From Desulfobacterales bacterium (lineage in GTDB: Bacteria > Desulfobacterota > Desulfobacteria > Desulfobacterales > JAUYIZ01), in the NCBI GenBank assembly GCA_030688615.1, contig JAUYIZ010000069.1, positions 1,230 through 65,229 of the forward strand: 64,000 nucleotides of DNA, read 5' to 3'. Position 1 is the stretch's first letter, and each line of letters opens with the position of its first letter. Shown here piece after piece: positions 37,872-45,016 of this stretch. The position numbers and the translations under genes are program-made. The notes under the pieces are model-generated. The model was not told where the DNA came from. It worked only from the letters and a program-made list of their open reading frames with translations, and ran no database searches.

Positions 37872-38400
37872 AAATTAAGGCGTAACCGTTGAAAACATTC
37901 CGCAGCGCCTTGAGCAGCCCCCTGGATCCATCAACCACACACAACAATCCCTGGCGGTAATCAAACCCCCGCTCAATCAGGGTCTGAAAATATTCTGCCA
38001 TTGCAGCTTCTTTCTCCGTCGCCGCCTGCACAAAGCCAAGAATCCTTTTCTCTCCCTCAATCGTGATGCCCACCACCAGGATGATCCCGTCTTCCGAAAA
38101 ACTTTTCCCGTCCACAAAGAGCGCCACGAAATCATCCTGATTCAAGGGCCGGCTCATCAGTGCTTGAAGCTTCCGGGCGCTGGCACGGATGGTCCTCCGG
38201 GAAACCGTCGAACGGCTCAGCCCGAATGCCTCCGGAATATTCCGCGCTGTCTCTTCATACCTCCCGCAGCTCAAGCCCAACAACACTTTCTTCATCACGC
38301 CTTCATCAAGCTGCCGCGGCTTGTCGAATCTTTGGAAATTATAGTTGAGATTTTCTACCCGGATACATTTAAATTCGGTCATGAAGGCAACGGTTGGCAA
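37843..38400 (-). pseudogene. IS256-family (Mutator-type) transposase fragment
   Basis: GLSRSTVSRR ... FVALFVDGKSF ... VVGITIEGEKRILGF ... YFQTLIERGF ... LCVVDGSRGLLKAL is the N-terminal/middle part of IS256-type transposases. The C-terminal half of the DDE domain is missing. Confidence 0.8.
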
Positions 38401-38411
38401 AAGCTCTAAGC

Positions 38412-38986
38412 ATGACTCAGCTCATTTTAATTCGTCATGGAGAAACGCTTTGGAATGAACAAAAGAAATATCAGGGACATGCGGATATTGGATTATCGTC
38501 AAAAGGTAAGAAGAATATTCAGGCTTTATTGCATCGAGTCAAAACGGTGGGTATTGATTGCATCTACACATCGTCTTTGAGACGAGCTCGTCAATCCGCT
38601 AAAATCATCTCTAAAAAGTTAGGAATCAAACCTTACATTGACCCTCGATTAAATGAATTAAACTTCGGAAGTTGGGAAGGAAAAACGGCTGAACAGCTTA
38701 TCTATCAGAAGGACAAAAACTTTCTTTCATGGGCTAACGGAAAATGGAAAGCCCCACAGGGCGGTGAATCCATCTATTCCCTTCGACGGCGTGTCCGAGA
38801 ATTTTTGAAAGACTGTCTAAAAAAACACAAGGGTAAAAAATTGCGATTGTTTCTCATGGTGGTACGATAAGAATGATGACTCCTTTATCTCTACATCAAG
38901 GCCTTAAATCCCTTTTCTCTTTTGCCCTTGAGCCAGCCTCTTTATCTGTTTTGATGATTGATTCAAAGATCCTGGAAAATTTATAG
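38412..38986 (+). pseudogene. histidine phosphatase (phosphoglycerate mutase/CobC-like), disrupted by a 1-nt frameshift in an A6 run
   Basis: LILIRHGETLWN (catalytic RHG). After the A-run at 38835..38840 the frame yields ...KKLRLFLMVVR*. The -1 frame instead continues KIAIVSHGGTIRMM... (the conserved SHGG motif) to a stop at 38984. Confidence 0.75.
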
Positions 38987-39134
38987 AAGCCGGGCATTCT
39001 CATCCTTAAACGGGAGACTAAAATATAGAGATTGCCAGATCATTTTTTTATTTTGTGATAGCCGGTCTCTGCGACTATTCCCAGCTGGAAGTTATGATTC
39101 AGCGGCTTTTAGAAGAGTCCCAAGCATAATTTTT

Positions 39135-39168
39135 GTAACTGTTTCGCTTCTATCCGCTAAACAGTTAC
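39135..39168. repeat. perfect 10-bp inverted repeat with 14-nt loop
   Basis: GTAACTGTTTcgcttctatccgctAAACAGTTAC, read directly. Function unknown (hairpin, terminator or recombination-site remnant). Confidence 0.6.
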
Positions 39169-39169
39169 G

Positions 39170-39197
39170 TTGATTTGAAAATCGAGTTGAGTATAAT
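39170..39197 (+). promoter_or_regulatory. sigma70-like promoter (TTGATT-16 nt-TATAAT)
   Basis: -35 TTGATT (39170-75), 16-nt spacer, consensus -10 TATAAT (39192-97). It sits at the left edge of the GC-rich comEC fragment. Confidence 0.4.
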
Positions 39198-39395
39198 AGC
39201 CCCGCCGTAACCCGTCCTCGATTCACCCACCCGTCGTCAGGCAATTCCCTTGAAACAACTTGAGCTTTACCAGCGGCATATCCTGATGCTGCTTTTGGCG
39301 CTGCTCTTCCTATCGCTTGTCGTGCGCACTTGCGCGGCCGAGCTGCGCGTGGTTTCGCAAAGCGCTTCCCTTGAATATTCCGGCGAGTCCTTGCC

Positions 39396-40289
39396 GTGAA
39401 CACGGGGGACAATCGCGCGATCCCTTTTTCCTGGATGGGTCTGAGTCTGATTCTTGGGACGCTGGCCGGGACGTACGGCTCGGGTGCGCTGCCGCAGGGT
39501 CCAGGTTTATGGGGCACATTGGTTTTTTTTGCAATGCCACTCTGGCAATTCAGGCATCGCCGCGTTTTTATTCCTTTATTTCTGGCGACGCTGGCGCTTC
39601 TTGCGTTTTGGAATGCCGGCCTTGCGGCGCAACGGCCGGAGGACGCGATCGAGCGCTGGATTCCGGAACATACAGAAGCGGCGCGGCGCAAGTTTTACGC
39701 GGTGGAAGGAACCGTCGTCACGTTGCCGGAAGAAAAGCAAACCGGCCGCCGGCGCAATCTGGCTTTTATTTTGGAGGCGGAGCAGCTGACACGTTATGAA
39801 AACGGCGGGCCCGAAAATTTTCGTGTACGCGGGCGCACCCAGGTTTTTTGTTTCCAGCCCGCGGTTTTCCCGCGGCCCGGAGACCGTGTCCGGCTTTACG
39901 GGGATTTGCAGCGTCCGGCGCCGCCCGCCAATCCGGGGCAGTTTGATTATCGCGATTATCTCCGCAAGCGCGGTATCGAGGCGGTCCTGCAGGTTTATGG
40001 TCCGGCCAGTCTGCGGGTCGTCAAAAACGGAAATCCGGGCTGGGTTTTGCGCACGGCGCATGCCGCCCGCCAGGCCTTAGCGCAAAGAATCGAACGGCTT
40101 TTTTCCGAAAAGGCCGCGGCGCTTTTGAAGGCGCTCTTGATCGGCATGCGCCGCGAGTTGGACCCCGGCCTGCGTGATGACTTCATGCGCACCGGCACGG
40201 CACAAGTTCTGCCGACACCTATCAGGAAATGGGATCACAATCCGCTTGCAAGCCACTTTACCGCCCAAACAATCTCGTATCGCCTATAA
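39396..40289 (+). pseudogene. comEC/rec2 N-terminal fragment (DUF4131-type region), truncated
   Basis: TM-rich N-terminus, OB-like segment (FYAVEGTVVTLPEE ... PGDRVRLYGDLQRP ... NPGQFDYRDYLRKRGI) and ALLIGMRRELDP..F.RTGT as in ComEC. Similarity stops near 40211, before the competence-channel and beta-lactamase domains. This stretch is visibly much more GC-rich than its flanks. Confidence 0.65.
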
Positions 40290-40617
40290 AAACAAGGGGG
40301 TTAAGCGAAATCCGCGGACTCGTAGGGTTGTTGTAAATGCCTACTTTGGATTGCCCCAAGAGATATGCAAAAGGCTCGAAAACAGGGTTAAACAGAGCCA
40401 AAAAACACGGTCTCACATTGTAAAAGAGGCCCTGGATGCATATTTTTTGAGGGTCAATAAAGAGCCCCTTGATGTCCATCAAAGATGCGAAAAGGATCCC
40501 ATAATTGGTCTTAAAACGGTTTCTGTAACTATCCGTCAGGACCAGGGTGATTGGTTGAGAATAATGGCGGAAAAAACTGGCAAGAAAATAAGCCGGCTGG
40601 GCAGGGAAGCAATGTGA
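40174..40617 (+). CDS. ribbon-helix-helix (CopG-like) protein, possibly chimeric/orphan
   Basis: Two RHH-like units (VVVNAYFGLPQEICKRLENRVKQSQKTRSHIVKEALDAYF; TVSVTIRQDQGDWLRIMAEKTGKKISRLGREAM). The only in-frame start codons lie inside the comEC fragment, so the N-terminus is doubtful. Confidence 0.35.
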   Translation: MMTSCAPARHKFCRHLSGNGITIRLQATLPPKQSRIAYKNKGVKRNPRTRRVVVNAYFGLPQEICKRLENRVKQSQKTRSHIVKEALDAYFLRVNKEPLDVHQRCEKDPIIGLKTVSVTIRQDQGDWLRIMAEKTGKKISRLGREAM

Positions 40618-40653
40618 CGTGTTTTTATGGTAATGAGACAGAATTGAGGTAGG

Positions 40654-40992
40654 ATGAGAGTCACATTACCCGGGAGGAAGACGATGGAAGCGGCTGAGGA
40701 GAAGAAAGTGCGGCGGTATTTTAATGCGGAGCAGAAATATCAGATGTTGAAGGATATCGAGGGGTGCGGGACGCTGAAGGAAGGGCTGGCGAAATACGAT
40801 TTGCAGTACTCGGTATATCAGCGCTGGAAGCGGCAGCTGGAAGTGGGAGTGCGGCACAGTCTGCGCGGGGGTCGTCCGGCAAAGGATCCGGAGCAGCGGC
40901 GTCTTGCGGCGGAGAATCGTCGGCTGAAGGAAATCGTGCTCAATCAGAGCGCGATGATTTCAGATTTAAAAAAAGAGATGGGCTTGGATTAA
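40654..40992 (+). CDS. IS3-family transposase OrfA (HTH + leucine-zipper)
   Basis: RRYFNAEQKYQMLKDIE ... SVYQRWKRQL (HTH) followed by the RRLAAENRRLKEIVLNQSAMISDLKKE coiled coil. Confidence 0.8.
   Translation: MRVTLPGRKTMEAAEEKKVRRYFNAEQKYQMLKDIEGCGTLKEGLAKYDLQYSVYQRWKRQLEVGVRHSLRGGRPAKDPEQRRLAAENRRLKEIVLNQSAMISDLKKEMGLD
40968..40975 (+). promoter_or_regulatory. programmed -1 ribosomal frameshift site A AAA AAA G
   Basis: The zero-frame reading TTA AAA AAA GAG lies near the orfA end. A -1 slip joins ...ISDLKK to RDGLGLRRED... of the orfB frame. This is the classic IS3-family slippery motif. Confidence 0.7.
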
Positions 40993-41015
40993 GGCGTGAG
41001 GACCGGAGCCGGCTT

Positions 41016-42011
41016 ATGAAACCGCAGAAGCAGGAAATTCTGGAGTATGTGGGCCGCGAGCGCCAGGAAGGGCGTTCGGTGAGCGAGATTATCAAAGGCT
41101 TGGAACTCTCACGAGCCAGTTACTACCGGTGGGTGGATGAGGACGGAAAGAATTCATCCGCTGTTGAAATCAGGAATCCGTCGGTGCGTTGTTTGACTCC
41201 CGAGGAGCAGCGAAGAATTGATGACGTCAAAGCCGCGCATCCGGAGTACCGGCACCGAAGAATTCAGGGAGAACTACTCAAGGAGGGTTTATATCTGTCT
41301 CCCAGCAGTATTTACGGGCATTTGCTGGAGCTCGGACAGGTGGAGCCGTATGAGCGGCGGCCGAATCCGCTGAAAGAGCCGCGGTATGAAGTCTGGCAGA
41401 GGAACCTGATGTGGGGCAGTGATTGGACGAAGCTTTTGATCGGCGGGCTGCGGTGGTATTTAATCAGCCTGATTGATTTTTACTCGCGGCTTTTGATTGC
41501 CTTTGATGTGGTTTCATCGGTGCATGCCGGACATGTGACGCGGTTGTATCAACGCGGTCTGGAGCTCGAGAATTTGTCGGGCAAAGGCAGCCGGAAACCC
41601 GAGCTTCGTGTGGATCGCGGAAGCCCCAACACGTCCTGGATCACGAGGGAATTTTTCGAGACGCTGGGAGCGGAATTGTCGTATGCCCGGGTCCGAAGGC
41701 CGACTGATAACGCGATCACGGAACGTTTCTACGGGACGATCAAACAGGAGGAGATTTACCTGGTGGGCAACTATCCAGACCGTCAGTCAGCCGTTGAAGA
41801 AATCACTGGCTACACCTGGAAGTACAACATGGAGCGGCCGCACCAGTCGCTGTGGAATTTTCCACCGGCCCGGGTGCATGCGCTCAACAACAAAACAAAA
41901 CTGCTGCAGGAACTGGCTGAAATCAAGCGGCAAACTTTAGAAAACAGGAAAAAATACTGGAAAAATCACAAAACCAGTGACTCTCAAAATTCTTTGATTT
42001 TGTCTCAGTAG
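41016..42011 (+). CDS. IS3-family transposase OrfB (rve integrase core); probably expressed as an OrfAB fusion
   Basis: HPEYRHRRIQGEL ... LMWGSDWTKL ... LISLIDFYSRLL ... RVDRGSPNTS ... DNAITERFYGTIKQEE ... YNMERPHQSL (DDE triad context). The ORF-track start at 40764 is the frameshift overlap, not a real N-terminus. Confidence 0.85.
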   Translation: MKPQKQEILEYVGRERQEGRSVSEIIKGLELSRASYYRWVDEDGKNSSAVEIRNPSVRCLTPEEQRRIDDVKAAHPEYRHRRIQGELLKEGLYLSPSSIYGHLLELGQVEPYERRPNPLKEPRYEVWQRNLMWGSDWTKLLIGGLRWYLISLIDFYSRLLIAFDVVSSVHAGHVTRLYQRGLELENLSGKGSRKPELRVDRGSPNTSWITREFFETLGAELSYARVRRPTDNAITERFYGTIKQEEIYLVGNYPDRQSAVEEITGYTWKYNMERPHQSLWNFPPARVHALNNKTKLLQELAEIKRQTLENRKKYWKNHKTSDSQNSLILSQ

Positions 42012-42058
42012 AAAAAAACTGGACAATGGAACATTACTTCTCATGAAATCTTACTTGA

Positions 42059-42223
42059 TATGCAGAGGACGACATTCAACTCCCTATAAAATACCCAACG
42101 GTCAATTCCAGCCTTGCTGTTACTCAAATATATGCTCATTTCGCTCCTGTGTACGATGAAGACATAGAAAAACTTGCAATGCATCCTTTCGATCAATCTT
42201 CGCTCCGAATTGCCGCCTCTTAA
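42059..42223 (+). pseudogene. tyrosine recombinase/integrase C-terminal remnant
   Basis: ...NSSLAVTQIYAHFAPVYDEDIEKLA... matches the (H)SS--VTQ-YAH box carrying the catalytic Tyr of phage-type integrases. Only ~54 codons remain, starting ~50 nt after the IS3 element. Confidence 0.55.
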
Positions 42224-42230
42224 TCTCTGA

Positions 42231-42270
42231 TTGACTCGCTGTATTCAATCTGTATACTCCTGTATACATG
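42231..42270 (+). promoter_or_regulatory. near-consensus promoter plus palindromic operator; predicted leaderless lexA-like mRNA
   Basis: -35 TTGACT (42231-36), 16-nt spacer, -10 TATACT (42253-58), ATG at 42268 with no SD. There is a perfect inverted repeat TGTATAC-tcct-GTATACA (42251-68) and three CTGTAT copies (42239, 42250, 42260). Confidence 0.5.
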
Positions 42271-42888
42271 AAGCCCTTATCAAAAACTGAAATTCAGGCG
42301 TTGCGAATGATTCGTAATTCAATCGTTCACGAGGGCAATGTTCCATCGATTCGAGATCTTATGAGAGCTCTGGGTTATAAGTCTCCACGATCCGCCGCGA
42401 TGATAATTGCTTCTTTGATTGAAAAGGGTTTTTTGGGGAAGAAAACGGATAAGACTTTGATGCTAAGAAGCGAAGCGACGGCAGATAAGGGACACGTTCA
42501 AACTGTAAATGTGCCGTTGATCGGTACTGTTGCATGCGGTACGCCGGTTCTTGCAGATGAAAACATAGAAGCCATGATTCCTGTCTCAATAGACTTGGCG
42601 CAGCCGCAGCATCGTTATTTTTTATTGCGTGCTACAGGCGACTCTATGAACAAAGTTGGAATCCAGGAAGGTAATCTCCTTTTGGTTCGCCAGCAAACGA
42701 TCGCTCAGGATGGTGATACTGTCGTAGCGTGTATTGATGGTGAAACAACCGTGAAGGAGTTCCGAGCAAACAGCGAAGTTGTTATTTTGCAACCCAAATC
42801 CACCAATCCGACACACAAGCCAATTATTTTGAGTACCGAATTTAGCGTTCAGGGCATAGTTGTTAAAATAATCAAAGATTTTTTATAG
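42268..42888 (+). CDS. LexA-family repressor (winged-HTH + S24 self-cleaving peptidase)
   Basis: N-terminal LexA-type wHTH (PSIRDLMRALGYKSPRSAAMIIASLIEKGFL). Cleavage-loop GTVACGTP. Catalytic Ser in ATGDSMN and Lys in TTVKEF. Confidence 0.8.
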   Translation: MKPLSKTEIQALRMIRNSIVHEGNVPSIRDLMRALGYKSPRSAAMIIASLIEKGFLGKKTDKTLMLRSEATADKGHVQTVNVPLIGTVACGTPVLADENIEAMIPVSIDLAQPQHRYFLLRATGDSMNKVGIQEGNLLLVRQQTIAQDGDTVVACIDGETTVKEFRANSEVVILQPKSTNPTHKPIILSTEFSVQGIVVKIIKDFL

Positions 42889-42900
42889 AAGGATGTAAGC

Positions 42901-43983
42901 ATGGAGAAACCATTTCGAGTGCTTTGCATTGATGGTGGCGGCATGCGAGGTCTGTACAGCGCCGTATTACTATCGACCCTTGCACATCGTTTTGATGCCC
43001 GATTTGCCACCAATCCCCCTGATTTAGGGAAGGCTTTTGACTTAATATGTGGCACAAGTACGGGAGCGATACTTGCTTGCGGGTTAGCCGCTGGTGTGTC
43101 TTTATCTCAAATGGAAAGTCTTTATACCGATAATGGATTACAAATATTTCCTAACCCGAGTCCCACTAATGAGGGCCTTGGTATTTATGCTTGGGCTTGG
43201 AAATACAGAAACGGGCCAGCTGCGGATGCTTCAAAGTTAAAGGAAATTCTCGAAAAAGTATTTGGCTCCGAAACCATTAAGCAATTATATGAAAGGCGAA
43301 AAATTGCGATCTGCATTCCCGCAGTAGATGTTTCTACGTACAAAGCCTGGGTATTTAAAACGCCACACAACCCCGGCAAGCATCGAGATGATAACTATAC
43401 TCTTGCGCAAGCCTGCTTAGCATCATCTGCCGCGCCTCTTTTATTTCCCCTGGCTTGCATTGATCATCCCGAAAGAAAAGAAGATAAAGATTTTTTTGCC
43501 GATGGAGGTCTTTGGGCTAACAATCCAATCTTGGTGGGGCTCATCGAAGCGCTTGGATTAACAGCGGGAAAACAACCGATAGATGTTCTGTCTGTGGGAA
43601 CTTGTGATCGTCCGAATGGTGATCCAAATGCTATCAGCAATCCTAATTGGGGAGTGAAAAATTGGCGTGCGGGTATGAACATCATGGAAATGGCGATTTC
43701 TTCCCAATCTTTCGGCTATACGAATGCAGCCAGGTTTCTTGGAACGCAATTAACTAAGCTTGGAGCTCAAACCCGCGTTTTGCGTTTAGAGCAAACAAAT
43801 AAATCCCCCGAACAATACAGCGCCGTCAATATTGATCGTGCTGACGATGTTGCAATTAAAACACTTAAAAAAATGGCTCGGATGGATGCTGATGCTATTC
43901 ATAGCAAAGCTATCGGTTCTGACCCTGGAGATTTAGGGTTATTGAACGAAATCTTCGCTTGCTTAACTGCGCTGACCAAATAG
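42901..43983 (+). CDS. capV: patatin-like phospholipase, CBASS effector CapV-like
   Basis: Oxyanion GGGMRG, nucleophile elbow GTSTGA (GxSxG) and catalytic DGG (ADGGLWANNP). Sits immediately upstream of a CD-NTase, as in the Vibrio cholerae capV-dncV operon. Confidence 0.8.
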   Translation: MEKPFRVLCIDGGGMRGLYSAVLLSTLAHRFDARFATNPPDLGKAFDLICGTSTGAILACGLAAGVSLSQMESLYTDNGLQIFPNPSPTNEGLGIYAWAWKYRNGPAADASKLKEILEKVFGSETIKQLYERRKIAICIPAVDVSTYKAWVFKTPHNPGKHRDDNYTLAQACLASSAAPLLFPLACIDHPERKEDKDFFADGGLWANNPILVGLIEALGLTAGKQPIDVLSVGTCDRPNGDPNAISNPNWGVKNWRAGMNIMEMAISSQSFGYTNAARFLGTQLTKLGAQTRVLRLEQTNKSPEQYSAVNIDRADDVAIKTLKKMARMDADAIHSKAIGSDPGDLGLLNEIFACLTALTK

Positions 43984-43991
43984 GAGAATTT

Positions 43992-44996
43992 ATGGCAAAC
44001 GTTCAGAAATATTTTGAAACATTTCATAAAGAAATTCGGATGGATTTTGAACTTAACAAAGAATTAGCGGAAAAAAGAGATGTTATTTTCAACAAAATAA
44101 AAAAATCATTGGAAGAAAATCAGATGCCTTCTGTTTCAATCCTTCTTCAGGGTAGCTACATAATGAAAACCGGTGTTAAGCCTATCGAAAAGCTGGAACA
44201 CGATATTGATATTGGCCTGAAATTCTATATTGATAAAAATAAATTTACCGCCGCTGAAGTTCGCAAATGGGTGTTTGAAGCTATTAAAAAGCACACGAAC
44301 AATGTGGATGAAAAGGCTTCCTGTATTCGCGTTTCATATGAAAAAGGGTTCCATGTCGATTTGGTTGTATACGCGGTAGAAAAATCCGGATCGGATGAAA
44401 TATATAATTTGGCACATAAGGATAATGGCTGGAGACCTGCTGATCCCCCCAAACTGCTGAAACACGTAGAAAGCCTTAATGCAAAATATAAGGGAACGGA
44501 TGATCCTCTGACTTCAACAACACAATTTCGTCGAGTTATAAGATATTTGAAGCGTTGGGATGATGAAGCTGTGCCATATGAATCTAGCAGTAAACCAGCT
44601 GGGCTTGCCTATACGCTACTCTGCGGCGAATATTCAGCTGGGCCACATAAAAATGGAACTGACTCAAACGATTCTTCCATGCTTTACCAAATTGCGGAAA
44701 AAGTTTCAAACTTGTCCGGCCGCATTCAAATTTACAAGCCTACCCCTGAATATGAGGATTTGTTTTCGAAGCTTTCGGAAGCTGAAATGATTAAACTAAA
44801 ACAGCGGTTTAAAAGCTTGAAGGAAGCCCTCATGGAAGCTGACGTTGAACCAAGCGAGAGGAAGGCTTGCAAAATATTAAAGGAACAATTTGGACGTGAC
44901 TTTCCTGTTCCTGAGAAGGACGACGAAAAATCAATCCTAGGAGGCTTTTCTGTACGGACTGAAAAAACTCGAATAGATGGCAGTCGCTTTGCATAA
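43992..44996 (+). CDS. cGAS/DncV-like nucleotidyltransferase (CD-NTase, SMODS-type)
   Basis: Pol-beta NTase signature LLQGSYIMKTG (GS), HDIDIGL (DxD) and the third acidic residue in FHVDLVVY. 334 aa. AGGAG lies 6 nt upstream. Confidence 0.75.
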   Translation: MANVQKYFETFHKEIRMDFELNKELAEKRDVIFNKIKKSLEENQMPSVSILLQGSYIMKTGVKPIEKLEHDIDIGLKFYIDKNKFTAAEVRKWVFEAIKKHTNNVDEKASCIRVSYEKGFHVDLVVYAVEKSGSDEIYNLAHKDNGWRPADPPKLLKHVESLNAKYKGTDDPLTSTTQFRRVIRYLKRWDDEAVPYESSSKPAGLAYTLLCGEYSAGPHKNGTDSNDSSMLYQIAEKVSNLSGRIQIYKPTPEYEDLFSKLSEAEMIKLKQRFKSLKEALMEADVEPSERKACKILKEQFGRDFPVPEKDDEKSILGGFSVRTEKTRIDGSRFA

Positions 44997-45016
44997 AATG
45001 AGAGGATCTGAAAAAA

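Larger units (their letters stand above)
40634..42011 (+). mobile_element. IS3-family insertion sequence, apparently intact (orfA, -1 frameshift, orfB)
   Basis: Imperfect terminal inverted repeats TGAGACAGAATTGAGG (40634-49) and CTTTGATTTTGTCTCA (41992-42007), 12/16 matching, with IS3-type TG...CA ends. Two overlapping ORFs in frames 0/-1. No clear target-site duplication (taa vs gta). Confidence 0.75.

Noticed and set aside
39092-39799. Multiple long ORFs in several frames and on both strands (199 aa minus, 160 aa plus, 111 aa plus, 161 aa minus) around the comEC fragment
   Set aside because: High GC suppresses stop codons in all frames. Only the 39396 frame has ComEC-like sequence.
40764-41015. 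N-terminal 84 codons of ORF 40764..42011 as an independent coding sequence
   Set aside because: This is the -1 frame overlapping orfA. It is explained by the A7G programmed frameshift, and the Gly/Ser/Ala-rich translation is not protein-like.
42239-42268. A canonical E. coli-type SOS box (CTGT-N8-ACAG)
   Set aside because: CTGT is present three times, but no ACAG partner occurs at the right spacing. The actual symmetry is TGTATAC-N4-GTATACA, so I report it only as a candidate operator of unknown specificity.
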